From assembly GCA_032718475.1 (NCBI GenBank), contig JAUCBJ010000745.1, forward strand, positions 1 through 41,835: DNA of 41,835 nucleotides, written 5' to 3'. The DNA comes from Nemertoderma westbladi (lineage: Eukaryota; Animalia; Xenacoelomorpha). Position 1 is the stretch's first letter; the number at the start of each line of letters is the position of its first letter. A model generated the notes under the pieces. That model made no database searches, had not been told where the DNA came from, and saw only the letters and a list, made by a program, of their open reading frames with translations. Both the position numbers and the translations under genes were made by a program. Below are positions 1 to 10,383 of the stretch, piece by piece.

Positions 1-29
1 ATATACGAACATAATATAATATGTCTTAC

Positions 30-265
30 CTGTGGACAATGAGGCGCCCAATCCGCTGTCCTGGGTGTCTGTATGCACCAACGGATATTTCTTGCTTTCA
101 GATTGGTCAGAGTTACATCCCACAGTGAGGATACTGTCCAATGGGAATGAGTTACCACTGACAGCTAAGGGTTGCATAGTACAGGTTTGGGTATGACTGT
201 TGCGTAGGTTGAGGTAAGATTGTTGTATTTATTATAGGTGAAAGTTGATTGCTCTTTGTTTTCAA
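30..265 (-). pseudogene. Probable downstream GLIS exon, frameshifted
   Basis: GC-richer block between TATAG acceptor (266) and CAG|GTAAG donor (29); no single frame is open throughout. Last frame reads ...HTDTQDSGLGASLST. Confidence 0.5.
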
Positions 266-511
266 CTATAAAAAATGTATAATGAAAGTTTGACTTCTTA
301 GTTAATTATAATTTTATCAGTTAGCCAGAAACATATTTCACACGATGTTTAACTTGACTTCCTACAGTAACATTTATGCAATTTTATTTAATATACTGTA
401 CGGTATATTGGCGAATTTTTCACAATTTGCGATACATTAACATTACGCATAAATTCGTTGATTCTCGCCTATTCTTGCCATAATTAGGCCTATTTACTTA
501 TTTTACTTTCT

Positions 512-662
512 ATATTTCGAGTAATTATAACTCAGAAGAAAATAGATGCGTAACCGATTAATATTTCGAGAAATTATAACTCAGAAGAAAATAGATACGT
601 AACCGATTAATATTTCGAGTAATTATAACTCAGAAGAAAATAGATACGTAACCGATTAATAT
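512..662. repeat. 3 x 49-bp tandem repeat at the finger-5 exon/intron boundary
   Basis: ATATTTCGAGTAATTATAACTCAGAAGAAAATAGATACGTAACCGATTA starting at 512, 561 and 610. Confidence 0.95.
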
Positions 663-665
663 CAC

Positions 666-859
666 ATTATGAGGCACATTTTTCCTGACTGGAAACTGCG
701 ACGATGTTTTAGATACAGAGTCTAATAACTGAGATGCGTTCGAGTGTAGCTTCATATGTTCACGCAAGGAACTGGGGTCAGTGTACCTTTTCGTACAGTT
801 GGGCAGCTGACATACATATGGTTTGCTGTCAATGTGCGTTCTCATATGTTTGGCGCGAT
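666..859 (-). CDS. GLIS1/3: GLIS exon: end of finger 4 and finger 5
   Basis: Acceptor TTTTAG at 860; [39 protein letters not shown]. Donor position approximate. Confidence 0.85.
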
Positions 860-1309
860 CTAAAACGCGATAATTCAATGAAATTAGTTTAATTTTAGTA
901 TTGTGTAGTCAACGAAAACATATGTCGACCACAAAAACACTGGCACAGATAAATTAACATATGTCCATTTTTAAAAATACATAACAACAACAAAGAAATA
1001 TATAACAAATAACTCACCAAAAAATAGTTTGAAGTTAATAGATTAAGGCAAAAATTTTGAAAAAAATAATAGATTTCTTAACAGATTAAAATACATACAA
1101 ACACAAACTGTCTTATGGCATTATGTAATTTGTTGTCGTAAATAGTTGTTTATGTAATCAATGTCACTGTACTGTACAGTGAATTGGATTCCTTGGGATC
1201 TCTCTAGATCGGATATTAAACTTTAATTCAAAAATATATATATATATTGTAATTTGTAATTAGTATTTAGTTTTTATTGGCTATTTTACCAAGCAGAAGC
1301 TCGTTCTAG

Positions 1310-1475
1310 ACGTCGGTATTCCTGTGCTACCAATCAAGAGGCCCCGGTTCGATCCCATGATTGGGCAGCACTATTTGGGTAAAGTGCTTTTAATTATGGC
1401 AGCTTAGCACCATCACCCTGGCTTTCATCCTTAACTGGTCGATAAATGGAAACCAAGGCGTCTTGGAAAACAGAT
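1310..1475 (+). mobile_element. Degenerate tRNA-derived SINE-like fragment
   Basis: B-box-like GGTTCGATCCC (~1346-1356) followed by CTGGCTTTCATCCTT...GGTCGATAAATG, resembling a widespread metazoan SINE core. No cloverleaf. Confidence 0.5.
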
Positions 1476-1548
1476 AGTGGAAGATAACACAGTGAACGGA
1501 GTTTAAATAAACTAAAAAATTATCCTATTCATTTACTATTTTACGTAC

Positions 1549-1676
1549 CTGAGCTGTTACTGAAAGGCTTTGTTACACATTGGGTTTGTGCATGGGTAGG
1601 GCCTTTCTCTAGTGTGGTTCCGTAAATGAATCTTAAGATTTTCCTATCTAGAAAACATCCGATTACAAGATTCAAC
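1549..1676 (-). pseudogene. GLIS1/3: GLIS exon: finger 3 and start of finger 4, with stop and frameshift
   Basis: [37 protein letters not shown] then +1 shift to SNSS; TTTCAG acceptor and GTACGT donor. Confidence 0.88.
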
Positions 1677-1861
1677 CTGAAATTAGTTTGAGTAATTGAT
1701 TTATTCATAATTAGTAATTTTAAAAGTAATAATAATCAATTATTTAATAATAATTAATATTAAAAAATATAAACTTTATTGTTCATGCAGCAGTTAATTG
1801 TTGACAGACTTTGAATCTGTTTTATTCAAATTATCTATTGGGATATATTTGAATGACTCAC

Positions 1862-2048
1862 GGGGCGGCATATGTTGGGTCTCTCCCCACTGTGGACTCT
1901 CATGTGAACAATCAGTTTATATCGCGCGTTAAATGACTTCTGTTGCCGTTGGCAACCAGCCCATCTGCAGATGTAATTTCCATTTGTTTCCTGTTTCCAC
2001 ATGGGTGCTTTCAATGTGTGTCACAAATATTGACAAGTGGTGAAATAG
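1862..2048 (-). pseudogene. GLIS1/3: GLIS exon: end of finger 1 and finger 2, frameshifted
   Basis: LFHHLSIFVTHIESTHVE, then a +1 shift to NGNYICRWAGCQRQQKSFNARYKLIVHMRVHSGERPNICRP; TTTTACAG acceptor and GTGAGT donor. Confidence 0.85.
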
Positions 2049-2931
2049 CTGTAAAATATATAAGGATGAAATGGTAGTATGAAGCGGAACAATGTGAAGA
2101 TATTAACTTCATATCAAACATACCATACAAAATTCATGTACATATTGAAATAAATGTTTGAAATAGAGAATATGAAGATATATATTTGACTGTATTACTT
2201 CATATAACCATTCTCAGCTGGTTTTTTTTTTAAGACTGCTTAATCTAAAAGCTTAATCTAAAAGCTTAAGATTAATCTAAAACTGCGAATTCTTACGACT
2301 CCCCATTCCGCCTAAAATAAGAATATAAAAGTTTAGAGCCAGAAAAATAATTGTTTTAATAATGCGGTGCAAAAATTTCACAGTTCACAATCTAAATCAG
2401 CCTTAGATAGATTTTCGTTTCTTTCAATTTCGGTTTTTACGTTTCGGAATGTCCATGACTGAACACCACGTTTCTTCTTGCCTGCCGCCTGCCATAGTAA
2501 CTAGATCATGCACACACTTTTCAGCTGTAGTGAATGCAGGGTGGTGCTAGGTGGCGCTGGACTTTGGTAATAAGATTACACAAAGGCTCACTTTTTAAAT
2601 GAGCGTTGCATTTTTCACCAAGAAACAACGTGCCTAACAAATAGCCAGAATTTGGGCCAATTTTAATAAATTATGTCGATAACAAAAAAATAAATCCTTT
2701 AAAAGATAAATAATTCACAACAAAGATCCAATTAACTGAATTATCGCTGTCTAATAAGTACAGTACAGTAAGTGTATTATATTTCACTTTGCAGTTTACC
2801 CTCACGTGAGGAATTCCAGGTTTTTATTATTTTATTTCTATGAAATTATTTAAACATAAAATTTAAAAATAGTAAATTATACACCGATTTTATTAGTTGG
2901 AAGGCAAATTGAGTACTGATAATATTCTAAC

Positions 2932-3146
2932 CAGTTAGGAAGGATGAATAACTCGATCCTGAGTTTCTATGAGAGAGGTAAACCTGATTTATTTGATTGC
3001 TGGATGTTGTGGAACTGCTGCACCTTCTACTCAACTCCAATTGTATCTCGGAACCGGATACATTGCTATTGTTTATGTAGGCTACCAGGCTGGTTGGGGA
3101 GGTGCGAATTAGCGAGTTAATATCAATCCCATCCAGACTCAATGGG
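2932..3146 (-). CDS. GLIS1/3: GLIS exon with the GLI/GLIS3 N-terminal conserved motif IRTSPTSLVAYIN
   Basis: Acceptor TTACAG at 3147; donor G|GTTAG at 2931; overlaps ORF 2927-3142. Confidence 0.85.
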
Positions 3147-3222
3147 CTGTAAGTGGTAAATATAAACGGTGGTTACCATTTAATATTAATAATTTTTAAA
3201 AATATTAAATAAGAGTAGCCAT

Positions 3223-3442
3223 GGGGGGGGGGGGGGGGGGGGTGGGGTCAATGGACGCTATCAAAATCAATCCCTTGTCATTGACGCAAATAACAGCTGA
3301 TTACCCCAAAAAATAAGATGCAACCTGTTATACTGACGTTTGAATTTTTGAAATAATTTGCAACTGGAGATTTCTCCGTTCATTAAATTCAAAATTACGA
3401 GTTATTATATACTTGACCCCCCCCCCCCCCCCCCCTCACCCC
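3223..3442. repeat. Small element bounded by inverted G-run/C-run arms (MITE-like)
   Basis: (G)20-TGGGGTCAA at 3223-3251 versus TTGA-(C)~19-TCACCCC at 3413-3442. Confidence 0.45.
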
Positions 3443-3456
3443 AAGGTTTTTCTTAC

Positions 3457-3573
3457 CTTATAGATAACGACCTCTTTCCCCTGCGAGATCTCTGCCCTGA
3501 GTTTGTAGGAGAACTGTCTTTGTTTTGGGAATCGGTCTCCAAGTTGATAGAACTCGTAGAATTTCTACGGCGT
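3457..3573 (-). CDS. GLIS1/3: GLIS exon, Ser/Arg-rich, ending KRSLSIS
   Basis: Open frame RRRNSTSSINLETDSQNKDSSPTNSGQRSRRGKRSLSI; donor AG|GTAAGA at 3456 joins in phase 2 to the next exon. Acceptor (TTCCAG at 3574) is less certain. Confidence 0.75.
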
Positions 3574-3724
3574 CTGGAATTGTAGATATTCGCCAATTAA
3601 TATTTATTATAGCTGATACTGTATTACTTTTATTGTTTATTAATAAATATAATTAATAACTCCAATATCTTCTAAGGGGGTCGATTGCATTTAACAATCG
3701 ACAACAATCGATAATAATCAACTA

Positions 3725-3775
3725 AGGAAGGTTGACGACTTCCTGTACCTTGGATCATGGATAGAGAGTAGCAAG
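3725..3775 (+). mobile_element. ~50-bp fragment of an RTE-type reverse transcriptase
   Basis: Translates RKVDDFLYLGSWIESS, matching EHVDDFCYLGSWIRKS of the RTE copy at 23.8 kb. Confidence 0.65.
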
Positions 3776-4424
3776 TGGCTGGTTGCGAGAAAAGGGACCT
3801 GGGGAAAAAATGTTCATTCTGAGAAAAACTCCGTTTAAAGTTTGGCTCTTAAAATCGACTGTTTTAATTGGTTTATTGGTCGTTATTGGGGTGTTTGCAT
3901 TGGTTTATTGGTCGTTATTGGGTTTTATTAGAGCGAAATTCAAACTGTATTCTACTAGTAATAGTACTAAGCACCGTATAAACTTGTTTTTTTAGATTAT
4001 CGTAAGAATATCTGTATCCTATTCGGTTAGTTATTCGGTTAAATTAGATGACTCCACTTACCTTTAGCCTACTGATATTTATTTATTTATTTTATTATTT
4101 TTTATTATATCATATTAATATTTTACCCCAATGCTGTGTAAGTTTTAAATTAATCTTAAGATTAAGAACTACAATCTTTTACTTTGAATTTTTGTTAATA
4201 AAATACATTTAAGTATTATAGATATTCAGGCTTATATAGATTAATGTTTTGTATAACTTTGATATGACATAGCTGACTTTTTTATAATTATGTATATTTA
4301 GATTAGTATATAAGATTAAAGGTAAGTTGAATTCAGTTAGTTATTTAACAAACAAGTTAATACACTAATAATTTAGAATTTATTATGGAAACTGAAGCAG
4401 AGTGGCTGAACCTATTAAATAATA

Positions 4425-4940
4425 GGGTTTTCTAGGTCGCTGATCACGATAAAACTTGTTAAAAATATTTTTTGGAAAAGCAACCATCATTTTTTGTGCT
4501 ATTTTGGTCCTCCAGTATGAAAAGTACAAGTAAAAAAATGTCAAAATAAAAAATTTGTGTTTGGTTTGATAATTCTGAACGTACGTGTTTTCGAGGTCGC
4601 TGATTACGATGAAACTAGTTATAAATATTTCTGGTAATGCAAACCCACTTTTGGTGCTATTCTAGTGCCCTAGAACGAAAATTACAAGTAGCACAAACTT
4701 ATTAACTGTCAAATTATGCCTTTGGTTTGGTAATTCTGAAGCTATACTGGTTTTCAAGGTAGCTGATCACGATACAACACGATACAAATCATTCGTGGTA
4801 ACGCAACTGTCAATTTGGTGCTTGTCTGGTGGGACGAAAATTACAAGTAGGAAACATTTCAAATTGCAAAAAGCGAATTTGGTTGGATAATACGATATTT
4901 TTGAGTGTCATATTCGTGATCAGTGTCCCAGAAAACCCAT
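4425..4940. repeat. Three diverged ~160-bp tandem units plus one inverted motif copy
   Basis: GGGTTTTCTAGGTCGCTGATCACGAT-like motif at ~4425, ~4585 and ~4749; reverse-complement copy at ~4911-4938. Confidence 0.75.
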
Positions 4941-6217
4941 AATGTCTAAAATTCAGGTTGATTTGGTAATGATTTTTGGTTATCAAACTTTTGCTACTTG
5001 TATTTTTCGTGCCGCACATTGACACATGTGTTTCAGATGCATAACAATATGTTATATAGTCAACATTCATGATCACAAGCGAAGTCATTTTTCTATTGTT
5101 ACCATAGCAACGGGCATATTTTATTATTTATGTATTTCCAATATCGTTTTGGTATTTTATTCGCCTTAGAGGTTAATAATTTAAGGATTTTTGATATTTA
5201 AAAGTATATGGTGTCTTCTGTAGTTATTCTATTTGACAAAGTCATGTTTTATGGTCATAGCAACGGGAATTTTCCCCCTAATACGGGAATAACTGTTGGG
5301 TTTCCCAAAATTTTTTAAATAGTGCAGTTCAGTCAAATTTTAAAATATGGGACGTATATCAAATCACTAAAATATATTTTAATTTACTTTATGTTCTTAG
5401 CAACGAAAGTTTACCATAGCAACCGGGGGTTTTTCTTAAGAACATTGGGTTTTTCATAGCATTAACATGTTTTTTGCATAGGTTTTATATAATTGAAGCA
5501 AGTTATCTGTAGTGATGGCATATTTTGTATAACAATCATAATTTTTGCATAGCAACGGCTACTTTAGCTTAGCAACGACTTGTTTTCATTGTACAGCGGT
5601 CTTTTCACATCTAAAACATATTTTATACAGAACATAAAAGGTGAGTTTTACAGTGGCAATCAACTATGTATTTGTTTTTTCATAGCAACGGTAAGTTTAT
5701 CCTTAGCAACGGCGACGTTAGTATAGTAATGCCGAGTTTACCTTAGCAACGGAATGTTTTTACATGGAACAACTAGTTTTCAAGGAATCCCAAGTAGTAA
5801 CACCACCTTGTGACGAGTTTTCTATAGCAACAATGAGTTTAGTGCATAGTAACAGTACGTTTATCACAGATGCGGAATATTGTAACCCCCCCCCCCCCCC
5901 CCCACGCAATTGACAGTGTATCAAGGTCCTGAATTAATACACACTATATTCCAGGTCATGGTGTATATACGTATACAACGATTTATTCTAGAACAACATG
6001 AATTGCAAAATAATAAAATATAAAATAAAAAAATAAGAAAGCTAATCGCCCAGTTGATTTGGAATTTTTATTACAACATGAACTGATGCCTGTTCGAATA
6101 TCCCTAGCCTGTTCGAATATCTACAGATGGCAGTTTACATACAGCAATCAAATCGTTCTGAACTGATATCCTAATAATACGGATCTACAGTACTTACTCC
6201 ACCTAGCGTACAACTTT

Positions 6218-6866
6218 TTGGAAGAACTAGTAAGTGGTGGACAAGCGATGGTGATGGCATTGGGTAAATCACGTGGTGTGGTTACATTTGGTGATTATGA
6301 CGATATGTTTGTGGAGTCTTTTCTGGATAAAGGGAAACTATTTGACCGAATTGATGAGACATCCGATCATTACCAACAGTGTTCCATCAAGGATGGTACA
6401 AGGAAAAAGCGGAGCAAAGATCATAGACCAATACGACGGGTCAATAAAGATTCCTCAGTCCCATTATCCAGTAACTGGGCAAGTTTTATACCCTTGGGTG
6501 AGAATAAGCTTGACTTGTCTGAGCTATTAACTGAAAACATAATATGTCGAGCTCCTGTAAGCAAGGTACTTGTAGTAGCAGGAGGTCTTCGTGATATAAT
6601 TATCACAGATCATCTGATAGAGATTTAGAAGTATCTTCACTGCAAGGAAATCATGAAGAGGTAGACACTCGTATAGTATTGCACTGCCTGAACATTGATG
6701 CAGATTCTATAGTGGAATCGTCTAGAGAGACAGATGTTCTTGTGTTACTCAAGCCCACTACAGTAAAATGACATGTGCTCAGTTATGGCTGAAGTCAGGG
6801 ACTTCAAAGAAGCCACGTTATATTCCAGCGCACAAAATTTATAAAAGATTATCTCGTGATCTAGTA
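6218..6866 (+). pseudogene. XPG/FEN1-like nuclease domain remnant of an AcademX transposase
   Basis: GQAMVMALGK..TFGDY...RIDETSDHY..SIK..TR, then a frameshift to GNHEEVDTRIVLH...SRETDVLVLL and a second to LWLKSGTSKKPRYIP (HEEADT and DTDV motifs, degenerate). Confidence 0.72.
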
Positions 6867-8880
6867 TCTAGTTGCTATAGAAAACTCGCCACAAGGTGGT
6901 GTTACTACTTGGGATTCCTTGAAAACTAGTTGTTACCATGTAAAAACATTCCGTTGCTAAGGTAAACTCGTCATTACTATACAAACGTCGCCGTTGCTTA
7001 GGATTACACACCGTTGCTATGGAAAAAACAAATACATAGTTGATTATTGCCACTGTAAAACTCACCTTTTATGTTCTTTATAAAATATGTTTTTGTAGTG
7101 AAAAGACCGCTGTTACAATGAAAAAACGTCGTTGCTAAGCTAAAGTAGCCGTTGCTATGCAAAAATTATCATTGTTATACAAAACATGCCATCACTACAG
7201 ATAACTTGCTTCTCTTATTTAAAACCTATGCAAAAATGTTCTTATGAAAAACCCCCGGTTGCTATGGTAAACTTTCGTTGCTAAGTAAATAAAGTAAATT
7301 AAAATATATTTTAGTGATTTGGTATACGTCCCATATTTTAAAATTTGTCTGAACTGCACTATTTAACAAATTTTGGGAAACCCAACAGTTATTCCCGTAT
7401 TAGGAGGAAAACTCCCGTTGCTATGACCATAAAACATGACTTTGTCAAATAGAATAACTACAGAAGACCCCATATTACTTTTAAATATCAAAAATCCTTA
7501 AATTATTAACCTCTAAGGCGAATAAAATACCATAACGATATGTAAAATTTTGAAGACAATTGAAAACCTTCTTATCTAGACTCTCTATCTGATTATACTG
7601 GTATCTGGTTTTTTTTTCTGTATTTTGAGCCTACATATTAACTATTGCACTCTCAGACAGTCAGAGTTTACTTTGGCTCGTGTGGAGCTTATCTTCATCG
7701 ACATTGTGCGAGCTTCTCCTGCCGGAGGTTGCGTTTACCCAACCAAGTCCATCGTTCCGAGGCCCCCTACAGCCTACACGCCAGTCGTTGCTCGAGTTCC
7801 TCCAAGGTTCTTCTGGGCCGATATCCATTGATTCCAATGGCACTCCAACGGAAGTTCGTGCCTCCCTAGGGTCGGTGGAGTTTCGGTCACTCGGGCAGAC
7901 TGATTCCGCGTGTCACTGGAGCCGAATTATCTCGAACGGTGGGACTTCAAATATCCGTTTTCTAATGTCTAAACTGTTCAGGTTAGCTCGACACACAATC
8001 ATCGAATGATCTTTAATTAGTCTGTCAATCCATCAGTCCACTATTAACCAGTGAGTTTCAAGCTTGTATATTGGATCAACCAATTAAATACTTTCATGTT
8101 ATTTGATCAAACCATCATAATTAATTGACCATCATTCATTTGCATATTGCTTCATTACAATTTTCTATTTAAATATTTTCATCTCATTTGATCGACTTGT
8201 CATAATTAATTTACCATCATTCATTTGTGTATTGCTCCATAATTACCGTTAACGTTTGTTATCCTAATGTTCGTTTCCTTAGCTTGCTTTAATCACATGC
8301 CACCACCTACTACTATTTGTTATCAACATATGATTTATTGTTAAATCTCTTCATCTCCTATTGTATAGTTAATAATTATACTATTTAAGTCCCCTTAATC
8401 ACTGTCCAATCACTATCTGTCATTGCAATTTAATTTGGTTGTTTCTTTCTTTCTCTATTTATTTATCTTACACTTACCGAATCATTACTCTCGAATGACG
8501 CCCCCCCCCCCCCCCCCCCCCCAATTATACAATTATGTCTGGATTAAAGATTAAATAAATAAATAAATAATAGAATCTGGTACAACTGAAAAATCACATA
8601 TATATTCTGTATATTTGACTTTGTTGTCTGTCCCGCTTGCTTTTCACTTATTTAAATTTGTTGTCTGTCCCATTGATTTCTTTTACACCTGTAACTACTG
8701 TGTAGATCTTGTTTTATGTATTTAATTTTAATGACTGTCTCATCAGTCTTACACCTGTTACAATCAACTATTTCCACCTGACTCCCCAGCAGCGATAACA
8801 TTCTACTGCACTCTGTTCTACTGTATTCTCATATCATTCCCTGTCCCTCAGCTCAATACATTAGCCGACCCTCCCCACCT

Positions 8881-10383
8881 ATGGCAGATAAGCCCAGCTA
8901 CATAGACCTCACAGAATCAGTCCTCATGAACGATGTCCCACCCACCAACATTGACACCTATGACTTCCAAGGCTTCACTATCTCAGAGGATGACATTAGC
9001 AGCTTAGACGCCGAGAATTGGGTAACTGACAACATAATAGAAGGTTTTCTACGACTTTATTCCAGAGAATATCCACCACAAACCCGGGTTTACAGTACTC
9101 AAATACTCTACATCCTTCGCAGAAAGGCAGGCTATGAATCCTTGAAACGATGGAACACTGACAACCCTTTTCAACTTGACTACCTGCTCTTTCCCGTCCA
9201 CAACAACGGGCATTGGTCCTTGCTCTCATTTTCGCCAAAGACATGGGAGCTTAGATACTGTGACTCTCTCGGAACACTAAGCCTACCAGTCATCAATGAC
9301 ATTAAGAATTGGTTGTCATTCGAGGCACGCAGATTCAACCTTCCAACAAGGGACTTTCTTATATTTCCGCCACTCCCAAAGCTCCAGTTCAACAATTTTC
9401 AATGTGGTATCTACGTCTGCAAATTTGCACAGCTAATCCTACAGTCCAAAACCTTCTCAGGTGTGAATGACATCTCCATTCAGGCATTCCGCAAGCATCT
9501 CCACTCCCAAGTGAAAACCAAATCCATCCTTATCAAAGGAGGAAACAGCCAACCAGACCACTCACCCCCCTGCCCACAGGAGCAAACTCTTAGACCAGGT
9601 AATCATATCCATCCCAATCTCCCCATTCACTCCAACCCTTGCCAGGGCAATGACCTCCCCAGCCCCAGCCCCATGGGGACAAATCCAATCCACCACCCAG
9701 CAGACCACAGCGACATTATTCAATCAATTACACCACCTGACGAAAACACCACCAATGACAGTCAACACCCACAATCTACCCAGGCCCCCCCCTCACCAAC
9801 CCCATCCTCACCAACCCCCCTACCACAGTCCCCACAAATCACAAATAAACAACAATTACCCCCACAATCATTGTCATCTCCCTCACAACAACAACCATCA
9901 CAACAACAGTCACAGACATCCTCTATTATCTCAACATCCCGATCCACCTGTCCATCATGCAAGAAAACATATTCTGTCACCAGCAATGGGAGACTCCGCA
10001 AGCATAATGCCACAAATGGTCGCGTCTGTCCAGGCTCAGGCACCATAGCGGAACCTCAACCTATACAAACCATCTTTACACCAGCACCAGCACCCCACCA
10101 TCCACTAACTGAAGCGGAATCTGCCAGCAATACATCCACCAATGACTACTTAAAAGTATTTAAAGTTCTTCTCCTCACTAGGACACTTACACGCATCCCC
10201 CGGGGAGCAAGACAACTGGCCTCAACATGTTACACCAAGCTATGCAAAGCAGTAGTCAAACATAACTCCATGCATGAGTGGCTAAACCTTCTAGCCTTCC
10301 CTTATAGCCTGAGGATCCCCCCCCCAAGTACACAAACGGAGAAAGGGAAACCCCGGTTTATTGGAGAAATCCCTGACAAGTAA
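8881..10383 (+). CDS. CRE polyprotein N-terminal part: Ulp1/SENP (C48) protease, P/Q/S/T-rich linker, zinc finger
   Basis: WVTDNIIEGFL, PVHNNGHWSLL (His), YCDSL (Asp), LQFNNFQCGIYVC (Gln, Cys); CPSC-x14-H-x7-C finger. Confidence 0.85.
   Translation: MADKPSYIDLTESVLMNDVPPTNIDTYDFQGFTISEDDISSLDAENWVTDNIIEGFLRLYSREYPPQTRVYSTQILYILRRKAGYESLKRWNTDNPFQLDYLLFPVHNNGHWSLLSFSPKTWELRYCDSLGTLSLPVINDIKNWLSFEARRFNLPTRDFLIFPPLPKLQFNNFQCGIYVCKFAQLILQSKTFSGVNDISIQAFRKHLHSQVKTKSILIKGGNSQPDHSPPCPQEQTLRPGNHIHPNLPIHSNPCQGNDLPSPSPMGTNPIHHPADHSDIIQSITPPDENTTNDSQHPQSTQAPPSPTPSSPTPLPQSPQITNKQQLPPQSLSSPSQQQPSQQQSQTSSIISTSRSTCPSCKKTYSVTSNGRLRKHNATNGRVCPGSGTIAEPQPIQTIFTPAPAPHHPLTEAESASNTSTNDYLKVFKVLLLTRTLTRIPRGARQLASTCYTKLCKAVVKHNSMHEWLNLLAFPYSLRIPPPSTQTEKGKPRFIGEIPDK

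Larger units (their letters stand above)
30..3573 (-). pseudogene. GLIS1/3: GLIS1/3-type GLI-similar C2H2 zinc-finger gene, multi-exon, apparently disabled; both ends not located
   Basis: GT-AG exons at 3457-3573, 2932-3146, 1862-2048, 1549-1676, ~666-859 and 30-265. Spliced reading gives RGKRSLSIS|PLSLDGIDINSLIRTSPTSLVAYINN (GLIS3 KKRALSLSPLSDGIGIDFNTIIRTSPTSLVAYING) and fingers [83 protein letters not shown] at 1644-1646; +1 frameshifts near 1994-1996 and 1563-1565. Confidence 0.88.

Noticed and set aside
1325-1400. tRNA gene
   Set aside because: Only a B-box/T-arm motif; no acceptor stem or anticodon arm could be built.
7625-8009. Short ORFs in the CRE leader as ORF1
   Set aside because: Four overlapping short ORFs without ATG starts or domain motifs; expected in a GC-rich patch.
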